A DNA stretch of 63,606 nt, filler included, from Perkinsus olseni (lineage: Eukaryota), in the NCBI GenBank assembly GCA_013115125.1. It is 7 parts of 7 records of this genome, joined end to end, with 100 filler letters (N's around TTAATTAATTAA, not from the genome) between each part and the next. Parts side by side here need not be neighbours in the genome. Positions count along the whole stretch, not along the records: positions 36,571 to 45,527 come from JABANN010000938.1; positions 45,628 to 54,575 come from JABANN010000939.1; 5 more parts are not named here. One strand, 5' to 3'. The notes beneath the pieces are model-generated. The model saw only the letters and a list, made by a program, of their open reading frames with translations, was not told where the DNA came from and did not search any database. The translations under genes and the position numbers were made by a program. Positions 41,206-52,934 of the stretch are shown here, in pieces. Each line of letters starts with the position of its first letter. Position 1 is the stretch's first letter.

Positions 41206-41699
41206 TTTTCTCGTCGCGACTATTCGACGCATGCGAAGTGATTCCCTTCGAGTGCTCGAGGCATCCCCCTAGAGCTCGTTGGTACCGTATAACGACGGTC
41301 ACTCCTGACTAAGCATCAGCCAGACGGTCTTCATGCGTATATTCATAAAGTTTGTCAACGCAACTTGATGATATTCGTAGTGAAATGATGACCGCCTCAT
41401 GAGTCAATGGCGAAATAACGACAGTGAGCTTTAATTATATGACACTCCCAACGACGCTAAAAACCCGAATAAGCAACTAAGTAGTTGATACATCGAATGC
41501 CGATAAGTTGGCATCAAATGAATCACCGAGGTAGGGACCAGAGATGCCAGCTGTAACTTCTGCTATAGCTGCTACAAGCTCAGTACTGGTGAAGGACGCA
41601 GATTCCTCTTCGGATAACATAAGCGTGGTGTCGGAAATCTAAGTCGGACAGCGTAACCCTCGAGCTAGCTGATATCCTATGATGTACATCCTCATTGCG

Positions 41700-44312
41700 T
41701 CGGGAAGCATCATGACTATCCGCTACTTTGGATGTGCTCGAACGTGATACGTCGGTGCAGGAAGCGTAAATCTGGATACGAAGTAACATGTCAGACCACC
41801 ACCACCAGCAGCAGAAGATGCTACCTCATCCAACTCTTTCTTCAGATTATCTAGCTGTACTTTCCAATCATCCTCGACTATTTCCTCGTCTCCTACGACC
41901 ACACAGCTCTCTTCCTCTACCATGGCCGGTATTTCGTAATGTCGAAGCTGAAAACAGCACTTGATGGTGTGGATGATCTACCTATCATGTGCCACATCAC
42001 CAGCTGCTCAATACTATCCGTAGTATCTTCAGAAGGATAGCTCAGGAGAGATAAAGATAATGCCCCGGCTCCCGTCGCTGATGATGGCACATCCCTAGGC
42101 TTCTCCTGAAATGAGAATTGAAGCCGTGGAAGAGAGCTGCTTCCACGCGACACTCAGGTATTACTGGCGATGATGATGATGATGATGAACTTGTGGGCTG
42201 TCTCCTAACTAAAGGGGACTTATTTACTCTTATGTACTGTTGCACGTCGGCCCCCTGTGCATGGGTTGGTTCACGGTGAAGGGACTCATGCCCTATTGAT
42301 TCGCTGTATGCACTCTGTTCAGGTATGTTGGTGATATCCTCGGACCCATACTCGAGGAGGCCCACAGGAGGAGTACGATGGTCAGCAGCGTTCCCTTCAA
42401 CACCTGCTGCGTCCAACTTCCCTGCAGCTCGTTTAATACCCCCATCGGGGGCGAGATGGTCTATCAGCTGCTCCGCCCTACCCTGCTGATCTGCTCTATT
42501 CATCCCTCGGCCCTCCCTGGCCTCAAGCGAACTCTCTCCCTCCTGCAACTGAGGCCCCTTCCCCTTCTCCTGAAACTGAGGCCCCTTCCCCTTCTCCTCC
42601 TGCAACTGAGGCCCCTGCTCCTCCTGCAGCTGAGGCCCCTTCTCCTCCTGCAGCTGAGGCCCCTGCTTATCCTCCTGCAGCTGAGGCCCCTGCCCCTTCT
42701 CCTCCAGCGGGGTACTCCCTTCTGGCTGGTCCAGGTCCTCGCTACCACCCTCTTCCTGTGATACGTGCCGCGCAACCTCCTGCACATCACCCTTAGTGCC
42801 CAGCACGGCATAGCCTTTGTCTTCATTCCCAGCTTGGCCTTCCTGAATACTAACCTCAATATCGATAAGCTGTGATATCGATGCCTGCCCACTTGCTCCG
42901 TCGATGCTTGCTCCTCCGGTAGTGGGCTGATGATGGCATCCTCTTTTGGCGTTCTACACGTGTAGATGTATACGGATCACTATAATCATCCTCATAATCC
43001 CTACCCTACTGCCACGCCTGCTGCTGCTGCTGCTGCTGTTGTTGCCTCCTGTTTGTGGCCACCCTTCTTGTTGCCTTTCCCAGCTTTCCCCACTGTTGGT
43101 ATCCTAGCTACCACCTTATCAGCATTGGCTTTACGTTCCATGATGAAGTGCCGTAACTGATGATAATAAGGAATACTCCTCCTCCTCCTCCTCCTCCTAA
43201 TCATTGTGTAATTGACTTCCATATCTCTCTGAGCCTCTTCACATCTTATCCTCTCACGTTCCTTCATCAGAGCTTCTCTACCTATACCATCACCATAGCA
43301 GCACAGTCATCACCAGCCAGCACCCACTACCTCTATCAGCTACTATACCATCCCAATTATGTGGTATTGTTGCCTGCTTCCTCTTCCTGCTATAATCATC
43401 CTTCACTGATTGTCCCCCCACCTCCCCGTTATCTTCATGTGGTTGATACATGTGATATGCCGTTTCAGCGTATTGAGTTAAGAGGTCTTGACTAACCCAT
43501 GCACCTCTGAATAATACTAGCACCACTCTCGAGATCCCTCTTCTCTCTCTGTTACCTCTTTTTATCATCATTAATCGCCATAAAAATATCATCACTCGTA
43601 GGCAGTAGTAGGGTATCCTTAGGCTTATAACTACTTGATAACCTAAAGCCTTCCCTGTGGCGTCCCCTATGCTACCATAAGCATTACTTATTCGCCTTAT
43701 ATCGGGCATTTAGAATCCTAGTCATAACCTTGTCATCCTCTTCCTCTAAATAAGCTCTCTCTTGATGAAGAGTGTCCAGTGCATCTTGATACCTCCACCG
43801 GCACAATTCATAATCATTCGACCCAGGTGTTTGAAAGACCATCATCATCATTACCGTTGCCATATGAGCTTCTCATCCCTCGATGGTCTTGTGTTATGAG
43901 AGGATGCTACAGCTGCTATGACTGTTGCATCACGTTGACCTTGGTTAAGCGTAGCCTATGATATGACTATAGTAACAAGAAGAAGAACGAGAACCATAAT
44001 CATGTTCTCTCACCTTGATATCCTCTTTTGCCTGCAATAAGGCTTTAAGCTCTTCCTTGCGACTATTGATATGATGTATGATATTGCGCTGCTTATTCTG
44101 CTTGGATTTAAGATCCCTATCCAGCTTCATTCGGGCTAGCCTGCCATGATGACTAATAGAGTGAGCCCCTCCAACCCCCCTTATGTTCACATTCTTTTAG
44201 ATCGTACAATCTCGCCATGCCTGACCGCCATCATCCTCTTAATACGCTCATTACGCTCATGTTGTCTTATCATAACCTCTTCCTCAGTTGATGATAACCT
44301 TAGTTTAACCAT
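41700..44312 (-). CDS. Hypothetical coiled-coil protein, multi-exon, with GPQLQEEK repeats; 3' end approximate
   Basis: ATG at 44312 (MVKLRLSSTEEEVMIRQHERNERIKRMM), charged helical exons, ORF 42042-42806. Confidence 0.55.
42538..42705 (-). repeat. Coding minisatellite (~21-27 bp unit GGGCCTCAGCTGCAGGAG)
   Basis: About 6 units encoding GPQLQE(E/D)(K/Q). Confidence 0.85.
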
Positions 44313-45627
44313 AGTCTGTATAACAACAACAACTACAACGGCATCTAAACTTCCAACCTGACAGCGCATCTTTCGTAGACGCTGGTCGGAGGCCAATATC
44401 CGGGCGCGTGACGGCAGACTTATCATTCCATCGCCGCCGCACGTTACAGCGCCTTTGGCTCTGTCACAAAAGAACAACCGAGCAACCTGCCTGAAAGTGC
44501 TGGATTGCTCAATCATATAGTCTCTGCTACTTTTGCTAGTTTGCTTGAAACGTTCTTTTCCGCGGATAGAATACAAACGAGCGAAATGGCAATTTGACTG
44601 TTACAAACGAGCAAATTTTCTGGATTGTAAAACAGGAAGTGCTACTATTAACATTGGTTGCTGCTATGTAATTTTAGAAATTGCTCATACTTATATTTAT
44701 TGCTCGTTCGTAAACTGCTCTGATGTAACGAAGTTGCTCGATTGCTACTCTGATAGTAGCAACTTTCCGCTCGCAACTGCTGAAGAAGCAGCAACATCCG
44801 AACGATTGAATTAAATGCCGAAAAAACGGTAGCGGCCCGGGTTGAACCAGCGGTAGATGATGGCACAGTTGAGATTGCACAGACCTCAAGATAAAACCCT
44901 CAAACCTCCTCGGGTAGCGTGTGCTCTAGCGGTATAACGAGCGGTCGTCAATTACATGCACCCGGGTTCAATTCTAGTACTCTGTGTTATTTGTTGACGC
45001 CCAACTCGTAGTAGTTGGAAACGGACCAGCTACTGCATTGGAGTTCTGCACGAGAGGTGAGTGGAATACACCCAAGCGCCGATGGCGAGAAAAGGAGCCT
45101 CCTTGATAGAGGTACGAGGTGTTTGCGGGCACTGGTGACTAACCGCGACAGAACAATAGCATATCTCATGTGAAACTTTTTAGTCCACTAGATAAGGGTG
45201 TGTGCTTTCAGCCAGGGCGCTCAGGTTCGATCCCAGGTGACGGCGCCGGAGGCAGACCTGGTGCGCGCGGAGCGCGAGCGCTCGTATTGACATGTTTTCC
45301 GCGAGCAGCTCGCGGAAAACATGTCAATACGAGTGAAGTGAATCACAGTGGGATTGAAGGCATGCCCACCGAACTTGGGTGACCCAGATTCGGTGCGCGC
45401 GCCCAAAGTTTGGTATAGCAGCTCCCAGCAATTGCCGCTTGTGATACGCCTTGTGAGAGAAACAATTAAGGGCAAACTCCGATGTATTGCCAGAACATAA
45501 AAATGCCAGTCAAAAGCCTGGAAAGAGNNNNNNNNNNNNNNNNNNNNNNNNNNNNNNNNNNNNNNNNNNNNTTAATTAATTAANNNNNNNNNNNNNNNNN
45601 NNNNNNNNNNNNNNNNNNNNNNNNNNN

Positions 45628-47623
45628 CCAGCTGTCGGTAGAAAGCTGACATAAACTGGTATGACCGCCCAGAAACCGTGAAGGCGGACGTTCTCGCTGT
45701 GCATACCCCATACGATCATCAAGAATGCTAAAGCGAATAGCGTTAGACTGAACCTCAGAGGGAAGATGAACCGCCGCAAAATATCCGACTTCTCTTTGAT
45801 ATCATAAAAGAACGGCTTCTTAATCCATGCAAGAATACCCTTCCATAATGACAATGGTATATTCAGTAGGGCTCGAGGACTCAGTATCTGAGGACAGATT
45901 GCAGTCCCGATAGGGTCTCCGATCTGCTGATCCCTCCCACTCTAGGGCCAGATTAGACGAGCCTCGACTCCTCCGAAGCCGCTCCGTTTGCCACGTGAGC
46001 TACAGGATGCTACTGTGCAGATTGCAAGGATGATTGACGAACATTGACTAGAGAGTTCATCACAAGAACGATAAATCGGGCACCCAGAATGAAATCAGCA
46101 TCCTCGGAAAACCTGGGGATATTCAATAGATCTAGCGCCTTCAGGATTAACGATGCTAGAAATGCACTCTATTGACGACCGGGCTCATCAGTCCCAACAA
46201 CAGCTTCGTGGCGGCCTCCCAGTGGCCGACGAAGGCAACGGGGATCAGCCAGAATATACAGTTTGAAACGAAGAAAATGCCACATGGCAGCAGCTGCAGC
46301 AGCGGCTGGGGATTGAGGCGACACGCAGATACATTTGAGCGCCGTTCTCGACCCAGATGACATAGCGGCCTCATTTTTGCATGTTGCATTCTCTTTTTTA
46401 CAGACTTTATATTCGCGCAATACGGGAGCAGTGGTCCCCGTTATAACCTGATCTCTCTTTTCTTGCCTCTCCCTCTCTTCCTCCTCTTTCTGAGCTACAG
46501 CCGCCAGCCTGTACTTTTCGGTCAGACCAGCAATGTAAAGAATGGATCCCACAGCCGAATAAAACTGAACTACTGCTGACGAGCTCGGTGGAGATATCGA
46601 TCCCTCGACAGCCTTCCGGCTGACATCCGATATGACATCAACCATGAGCTGCTCACAGCTGGCTATTCTCCCACTGAGATCTCGATCAGCTTCCTCCGGC
46701 ACTCCTCTCGCTGTTTTACGTAAGACAATACCGACCTCAGAACGCAGTACCGAAAAGTCGGCCGCTAACGGCTTCCATACGTAGGCGATGATACCGGGTT
46801 CGAGCTCCTGGGTGAGCAGACAATCTTTGAGGGAGAACAGCTCGCCGGCCATGTTCCAGAAGACAGCGCTCAACCGTGCCGGTATCTTCTGCTTGGCCGC
46901 CGCATGGCAAACTTCATTGAAGTCGTCAGCCTGAGCCTGGATAGCGTTATTATGGTCTCGAGCACAGATGAAGTAACCGGTTAGTAGATCGAAGAAATCA
47001 GCAGCCGCGAAAGGAAGCCGCTTCGTCATCGGCAGCCCCGGAGATGGTATCAAACCCAACGTTTTGAATATCAGTAGGACTACCCAGGGGACGACTGCCC
47101 CGAAGGTAACAGCAAGTCCAGTTACCCACGCTTCGGTGTAAGCATCTACGGCGTAGAAGGCGACAGGGACGTAGCTGAAGGCCGAGACCAGGGCACTCAG
47201 CGTGAAGCGACCCAACTTGGACTTGGCCGCCGGCATGCCTAGCGATGATAGGAAGGTGTACGGACAGAGGAGTGAGGCCGCCCATAATCGGTTGTATTTG
47301 CCACCGCTGGCGACGTCAAAAATTAAGTGTATCAGCATACCAACACCAAGGCCCATCCAGGTGCTGGTGACAGTAGCCAGGCCCATAAAGGTGTAGAGGC
47401 GGAGGTCGAGGAAAGTTATCGTCGCAATACAAGGGCCGGCAACCTGCAAGGAGGATGATGACTACGTGACAGGTAGCCCGATCGGCCTTACCAGTATTGG
47501 TAAATACCACGGGTCAGCAGTAGGCGGGTAGTAGATCGGTATGGTGGTTATAGCAACAGCCACTACGGTGACCAATGCCGTTGCAAGGCTGTACCAGGAA
47601 GGCGGTGGCGTCAGACTGGACAT
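45628..47623 (-). CDS. FUSC/ALMT-like (aromatic acid exporter superfamily) membrane protein, copy A, 3'-partial
   Basis: N-terminal multi-TM block, helical linker, then a second TM block FPLRFSLTL...HGFWAVIPVYVSFLPTA cut by the contig end. The family call is by pattern only. Confidence 0.6.
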
Positions 47624-49379
47624 TGATGAACGACCATACAAACTCTATAGGAGCAGGAACTAGGTCGTGAGTGCTCAGCTCGCCCCAACTCCCGCTGATT
47701 CCAATACCCGTCGTGTTAGCGTCGCCGATCGACGCCCCTAGTATTCAAGATACGCCGTGAGCGAGTCGAAGTTGACGACTCGGTCATCATGGATGAGGAT
47801 CAACTCCCAAAATGATAGGCAGCGAAAGCCAATGGAACGTCATCGTGTTGAGCATCACCGGTCACCTGAGCCACCAGACCCTACTTGTTACCAAGAGATC
47901 GGTCCTTCTAAGATTATCCCGTCACGGCTGTTATCAAGGATACTAGTGTCACACTAGTAGTGTGAGCACAGACCGACGGCCTCGATCGGGAATACATATG
48001 TGATCGGAGGTCGACTGGTGGCAAGCAAGGCAAACGGCAATCATAAAAATTACCCGAGCCATTGAAATTTCTACCCGTCTACGGGCGATAACAAAGAAAG
48101 TAAAGAAGCAGAGCACCAATCTGAAATAGATCTTGAACTGTTTGGCTCGACGAGGACCCAACAGTTGCTCAATGGTAGTACTATTGCGCGCTATTATCTG
48201 GCTTGTACTATTATACTCAAGTAGCGCCATGTTGAGTATGACAGTCCCGAGGGGGTTGCTCTTATCGCGGGTCTCGGCCCACTGGCGCCCCAGCATTATC
48301 GATGACTAGCTCTCTGGCAAACTGACACCATATTCTACGATAGGAGTTGTTCTTGTTCTCTGTTTACAACTCAAGCCTTCGTAAGATGATGTAAGGCTGA
48401 GCTATCGGTGACGACTGGTGGCGTGTTCACAGCAGATAAACGAAAAAACAAAGCATGATGAGAGCTCGGCTAAGCCTCGCTCGTTAACTATGACACGATG
48501 CAGCGAACCAAAGCACGTTTTACAGCTGTCCGACGTCCATCTCGCAGATGGAAATTCCATCGCGGAACAGAGTATTCTCTAATGGAGAATGGTATCTGGA
48601 GAGTCTCCACATAGGGGCGAGTCGCGAAATGAGCCAAAGATGAAAGACCCCTGAAGTAAGTGAGTATCAGAACAAAGCGATACCGTAAAATCCGGACTTC
48701 AGAGTAAACATCACGCATGAGGATTGGTCGCGCCACAGAGATCTCTTTAAATGAAGAAAGGACCTGGTGGCTTTATCTCGAATCCTTGGAGGAAGATATC
48801 ATAATATGATCAGCTCACTAAAATACGTGACCATGAACACCAGATGAGAACAACAAAATCCCCATCACATCCCCTCAATGGTCCCTACAGTTAAAACCGT
48901 TCGGACCGCAAACACATACTTAAGAGCAGGCCCAGCACCTACCGCCATAGAGCTTACGCGCTAGACCACGAAAGCCCTGAGAGATAGATTCTTCGGCACC
49001 ATGCACGGCCATAGACTATGACTCATAGTAGAAGCAACGAGCATCAAGATGACGAAACGCATTGATGTCGGCAGGAGAGGATGACAGCCGCTACAATTCC
49101 ATCCACGACTCAACTCATCTGGCTCATTTGATCATCCATCGGAGAACGCCCAAAAATGCATATTCTCGTTTCACCCAGTCCTATTTCATCCAGCATCTTT
49201 TCGCCCAGAAAATTTCTAACTCTCAGGTGATATCTAACTTTCTGTACTCACCACTGAACTACACTCACCACTGCATCTATGCTCGCTTCCTCCCTGACAC
49301 GGTCAGCTGTGTGATGTCCATTATATCGCTCGCTTGAGCACGTGCTGTAGTGAGCGCACCACTGCAGTCGCCAGGCTAT

Positions 49380-49810
49380 GAGGAGTTGCTCCTCAAGAAT
49401 CTGAAGGGTCGTCTGACAGAGAGTGACTGAGGCAAACTCACCCGGAAGATTCTGAAGACGCGGAAGATACTCGCATCGGCTAGCCCTCCGAGGGAGGAGT
49501 CCAGCAAGTAGACGAGGCATTCGACCCTGAAAGGCAGTATTGATATGACGTCCACCAGGCCGAGGAAGGACTTTATGTACCTCCCCCGTCTACAGCCGAC
49601 GAGGGGGTTGGCTGGGGCGCTGTAGAGCCTGGCCAAGTAGTCCACAGTGAAGAGGGTTACCTGAGGGGTAGGTCACAGGGGAGACGAGCGACGCTGCTGC
49701 TGACCGATATAAACTCGAAGTAGTCGAAGAAGGCCTTGCCAATGACGGACAGGATTGCCCCATCGCTCTCTAGGAGGACAGCGAGGATGTTCAACAAGAT
49801 CAATGACTAC
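49380..49810 (-). pseudogene. Voltage-gated ion channel (Ion_trans) S1-S4 fragment
   Basis: LILLNILAVLLES, FEFISVTLFTVDYLARLY, FLGLVDVISILPF, S4 IFRVFRIFR, with short introns. No pore region was found nearby. Confidence 0.65.
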
Positions 49811-51568
49811 TAGATAGGGAATGGTCACTCTCGCCCTAGTCGAAGCGACTACCGATTTTATGGCCAGCTACAGTTGTCGATTGCCGCCCCTAGTATTTAT
49901 GGCGGCCCGTGTGCGCGTCGAGGTTGAGCGAATTCCAACAGAGATCACAAATTAAGATAACGGTTCGGACCATCGTACGATGATCGCTGCTAGCATGAGG
50001 GCAATCGATCCTATCCAGCACCCCTCTGAGATTAGAGAGCTTAAGGCTAGAGGAAAGGGCGAATGCCATAACATTGCTGAACATAACAAGATGCAGAGAA
50101 ACCGAAGTCGACCCCATCGTACCGGACGTTACCCGAGCCGCACCCAACTTGTTTCCGGAAAATCACGACAGCTCTTCTGATATTAGCTCGTCACGTGCTT
50201 TAATTAGGATACTAGTGACAACACAGATCGACTGTCCACATCGGGAATCCATATGTGACCGAACTGATAGGGGTGGCGGACAGGCCTACAGTAATGATCA
50301 AAATTGTCAAAGTCATTGAACTCTTATTCTGTCTACGGGCGATAAACAAAAATCACGGATACTTCACAATGCGTCAAACATGATAACTGCCTTCGAACTC
50401 AACATCAAAACAATCATTGTAATCGCAGCTAGGCGAAGCTGAGCATGCCTAACACAACCACCGAGAAGGCGACGCACACACACTCCCTCGGTGGGCAGTG
50501 GTAGTGTTGCTGGCCGATGTACTTATTACCAAACACACTAGAACAAAGGGGTAGTCGGAAAGAAGAGAACACAGCCCTAGGAAGACTGTAGGTGATACTG
50601 AATGATACGATAAGTGCGCATCTCGCCGTAGCTCAGGTAGAGCTACGACTATTCTGGAAATAATCTACTGTTGAGTTCAACGCGACTCTAACAGTTATAT
50701 AATGCTACAAGTTAATTAGCGCACGCCAGCTCGTATGAAGGTCCTGTTCCGAGGGATTCTCATGACAGTCGGACCCGCATGATAGCTACATGTTTAACGA
50801 CAGGCGCAACCGTCAGCATCGCAGTGACAGCTGAAAGTGCAGTACCAGCACTTACCACCATGGAGCCTGCGCGGTAGGCCACGAAGGCCCTGAGGGATAG
50901 TATCTTCGGTAACGGAGGCCGCCGTAGTAGATGCAGCGAGGATCAGAATGACGAAACGCATTGATACCGGCATGAAAAGGCGGTATCCGCTGAAGAACTA
51001 AAGATACAGAAATGCTCTCGGGCCTTTTCCTCGCGTGAGGTTCGCACGGAGTTGAGTTGTGTTTGCTACTGGTCAGCGACCCAGGGGAGAACAACTCGCT
51101 GTGGCCATACTTTCACAGCTTGTGTCTGGGGCCTATTTCATACTATGAAATTCATAGGATTTCCTGAGTAAGGACGTCTTTAAGTTTAGGATCCTAACCT
51201 TAGGAATCCTTAAGTAAGGACAAGCCATTTCATAAGGTTGTCCTCACTTAACCTTAGGATCCTAAACTTAAAGACGTCCTCACCCGAGCATAAGGACATC
51301 CTTAAAAGACATTTTCAGCACACGTTTCGGCGAAAATGAACATCATAGGGATCGATCCTACGCCCACACGGATGACGACTTAACCCGCTACCGTTAGAAC
51401 ATCTCTCCTACTACTAAAAATTCATTGATGTGCTCAGTCCAGCCGAGGACAACGAATAACGGTGGTTCAACCCGAAGTTGAACTTCAAGCTACTGTACTT
51501 CCCGGGGTCCACTGAGTGGACCCCGGGAAGTACAGTAGCTTGAGTGGACTCCACTCTGAAAACGACAG

Positions 51569-51745
51569 ATGCCTTTATTCATGGACTTCGACGATCGCGA
51601 TCTGCTAGATCCGCAGGTGCTTGACGACCTGCATGCTGCCGTGCAAGCAGAGCAGTTACAACGTCACGTCTTAACCGACGGAATCAACCCGTTCGAGTCC
51701 TACTCAGACCAGCAGTTCTATCAGAGCTTCCGGTTCACTAAGGCT
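51569..51745 (+). pseudogene. Harbinger transposase N-terminus
   Basis: NPFESYSDQQFYQSFRFTK, typical of HARBI1/Harbinger transposase N-termini, truncated by the deletion. Confidence 0.75.
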
Positions 51746-51749
51746 GCCT

Positions 51750-52039
51750 GCCTGCCTGTTCCCACCGCCGGTTTGGTTTTCGGCCTCCCAACTTCTTCTA
51801 TTGTAGGATTTTGCGCTAGTCTTGAGGTTGCCAACCTTTGTTTTCACCTTTGTTTCAATTCGAACTTGCTGTGACATTTTCCATTGAGCTCTAGTACAAT
51901 CCCCTTCCACGTGTTGGCCTTCACCTTCGCAGTGAAGGTGAATCGCATTCGTCAATTTGGAAGTCAATATATCCTTTTTATCCTCGATGAGTTGCATCGA
52001 GACCTCGACTTCAACATCAGAGAACTTCCCGGATGGCAT
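51750..52039 (-). pseudogene. Harbinger Myb/SANT-like DNA-binding protein, frameshifted
   Basis: MPSGKFSDVEVEVSMQLIEDKKDILTSK, then in another frame KANTWKGIVLELNG (trihelix/MSANTD pattern). Confidence 0.7.
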
Positions 52040-52934
52040 ATTTGCAAAACTAAGCTGAAGAATCAAAGTTCTATCATTGAAGCATCACGAAAATTTGCGA
52101 AGTCGAAAAAAGAAGCATCACGAAAATTCGCTGTCAAAAAAAGATGTAGAATGGAGAACAGCAGGATTCGAACCCGGGAGCTTAGTGACGCGTCCTTAAA
52201 AACGCGTCCTAACCTTAGGTAATTGCGGAGCGAGCGAAGCGAGCGGAGCATATACTGTCACTTCTGCGCTTTTTTGTGCGTTCGTTCGTTCGTTCAAATT
52301 ATTTCTCCACGACTATGGCGATTCAACTCGCGAGACACATACCATTCGAAAGCACGCGGTTTGTGTATTCCATAAAAAATACAAAATCGCTCTCATCCGT
52401 GTTCTACCGAGCAAAACCGTCGTGGACCGTTGTGGATGAACCCGAAAAAATACGGAAAAAAGCCTGGGCTGAGGTTCGAACCCGAGACTTGTCCCGAGCT
52501 CCGCTTTTTTTCGTTACGAAGGCCTAGTGTATCTTGTGAAACAGCTTCGACCTAACCACCCATCCTAACGTCCTTATCGTGGATTTCCTAACTTAAAAAG
52601 TCCTAGTGTCCTAACGTCCTACCCTAACGTAAGGAAATGGGCCTTGTGAAAGAGCTTGAGCCAAAAATCGTGTCCTAACCTCTTAGGATCCTAAGAAAAA
52701 GCGTCCTATGAAATAGACCCCTGTGTTCGAAAGTAGTCGATATGTGATGTCATGTGAGTAACGAAACTACTCATTGGGAGCGACAGAGATTACACAGGGC
52801 GAGCTTGTGTTTGTAAAAGGGGGAAGCAGATGTTACTTGTAAATATGCCGGAACGACAAGCCCGCGCGACCATGCTTCTCAACTCGCTTTTGATGGACGT
52901 TTTAGAATTACTCCGTGAGGTTGTTTAATGATTG

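Larger units (their letters stand above)
51129..52720. mobile_element. PIF/Harbinger DNA transposon, internally deleted
   Basis: TIRs GGGCCTATTTCATA / TATGAAATAGACCC, 3-bp TSD CTG (51126-51128 and 52721-52723), TAAGGA/TCCTAA subterminal repeats, and convergent transposase and Myb-like ORF remnants. Confidence 0.88.

Noticed and set aside
42378-42892. Leu-rich (LLQLRP) and Arg-rich alternative-frame ORFs
   Set aside because: Alternative readings of the coding minisatellite.
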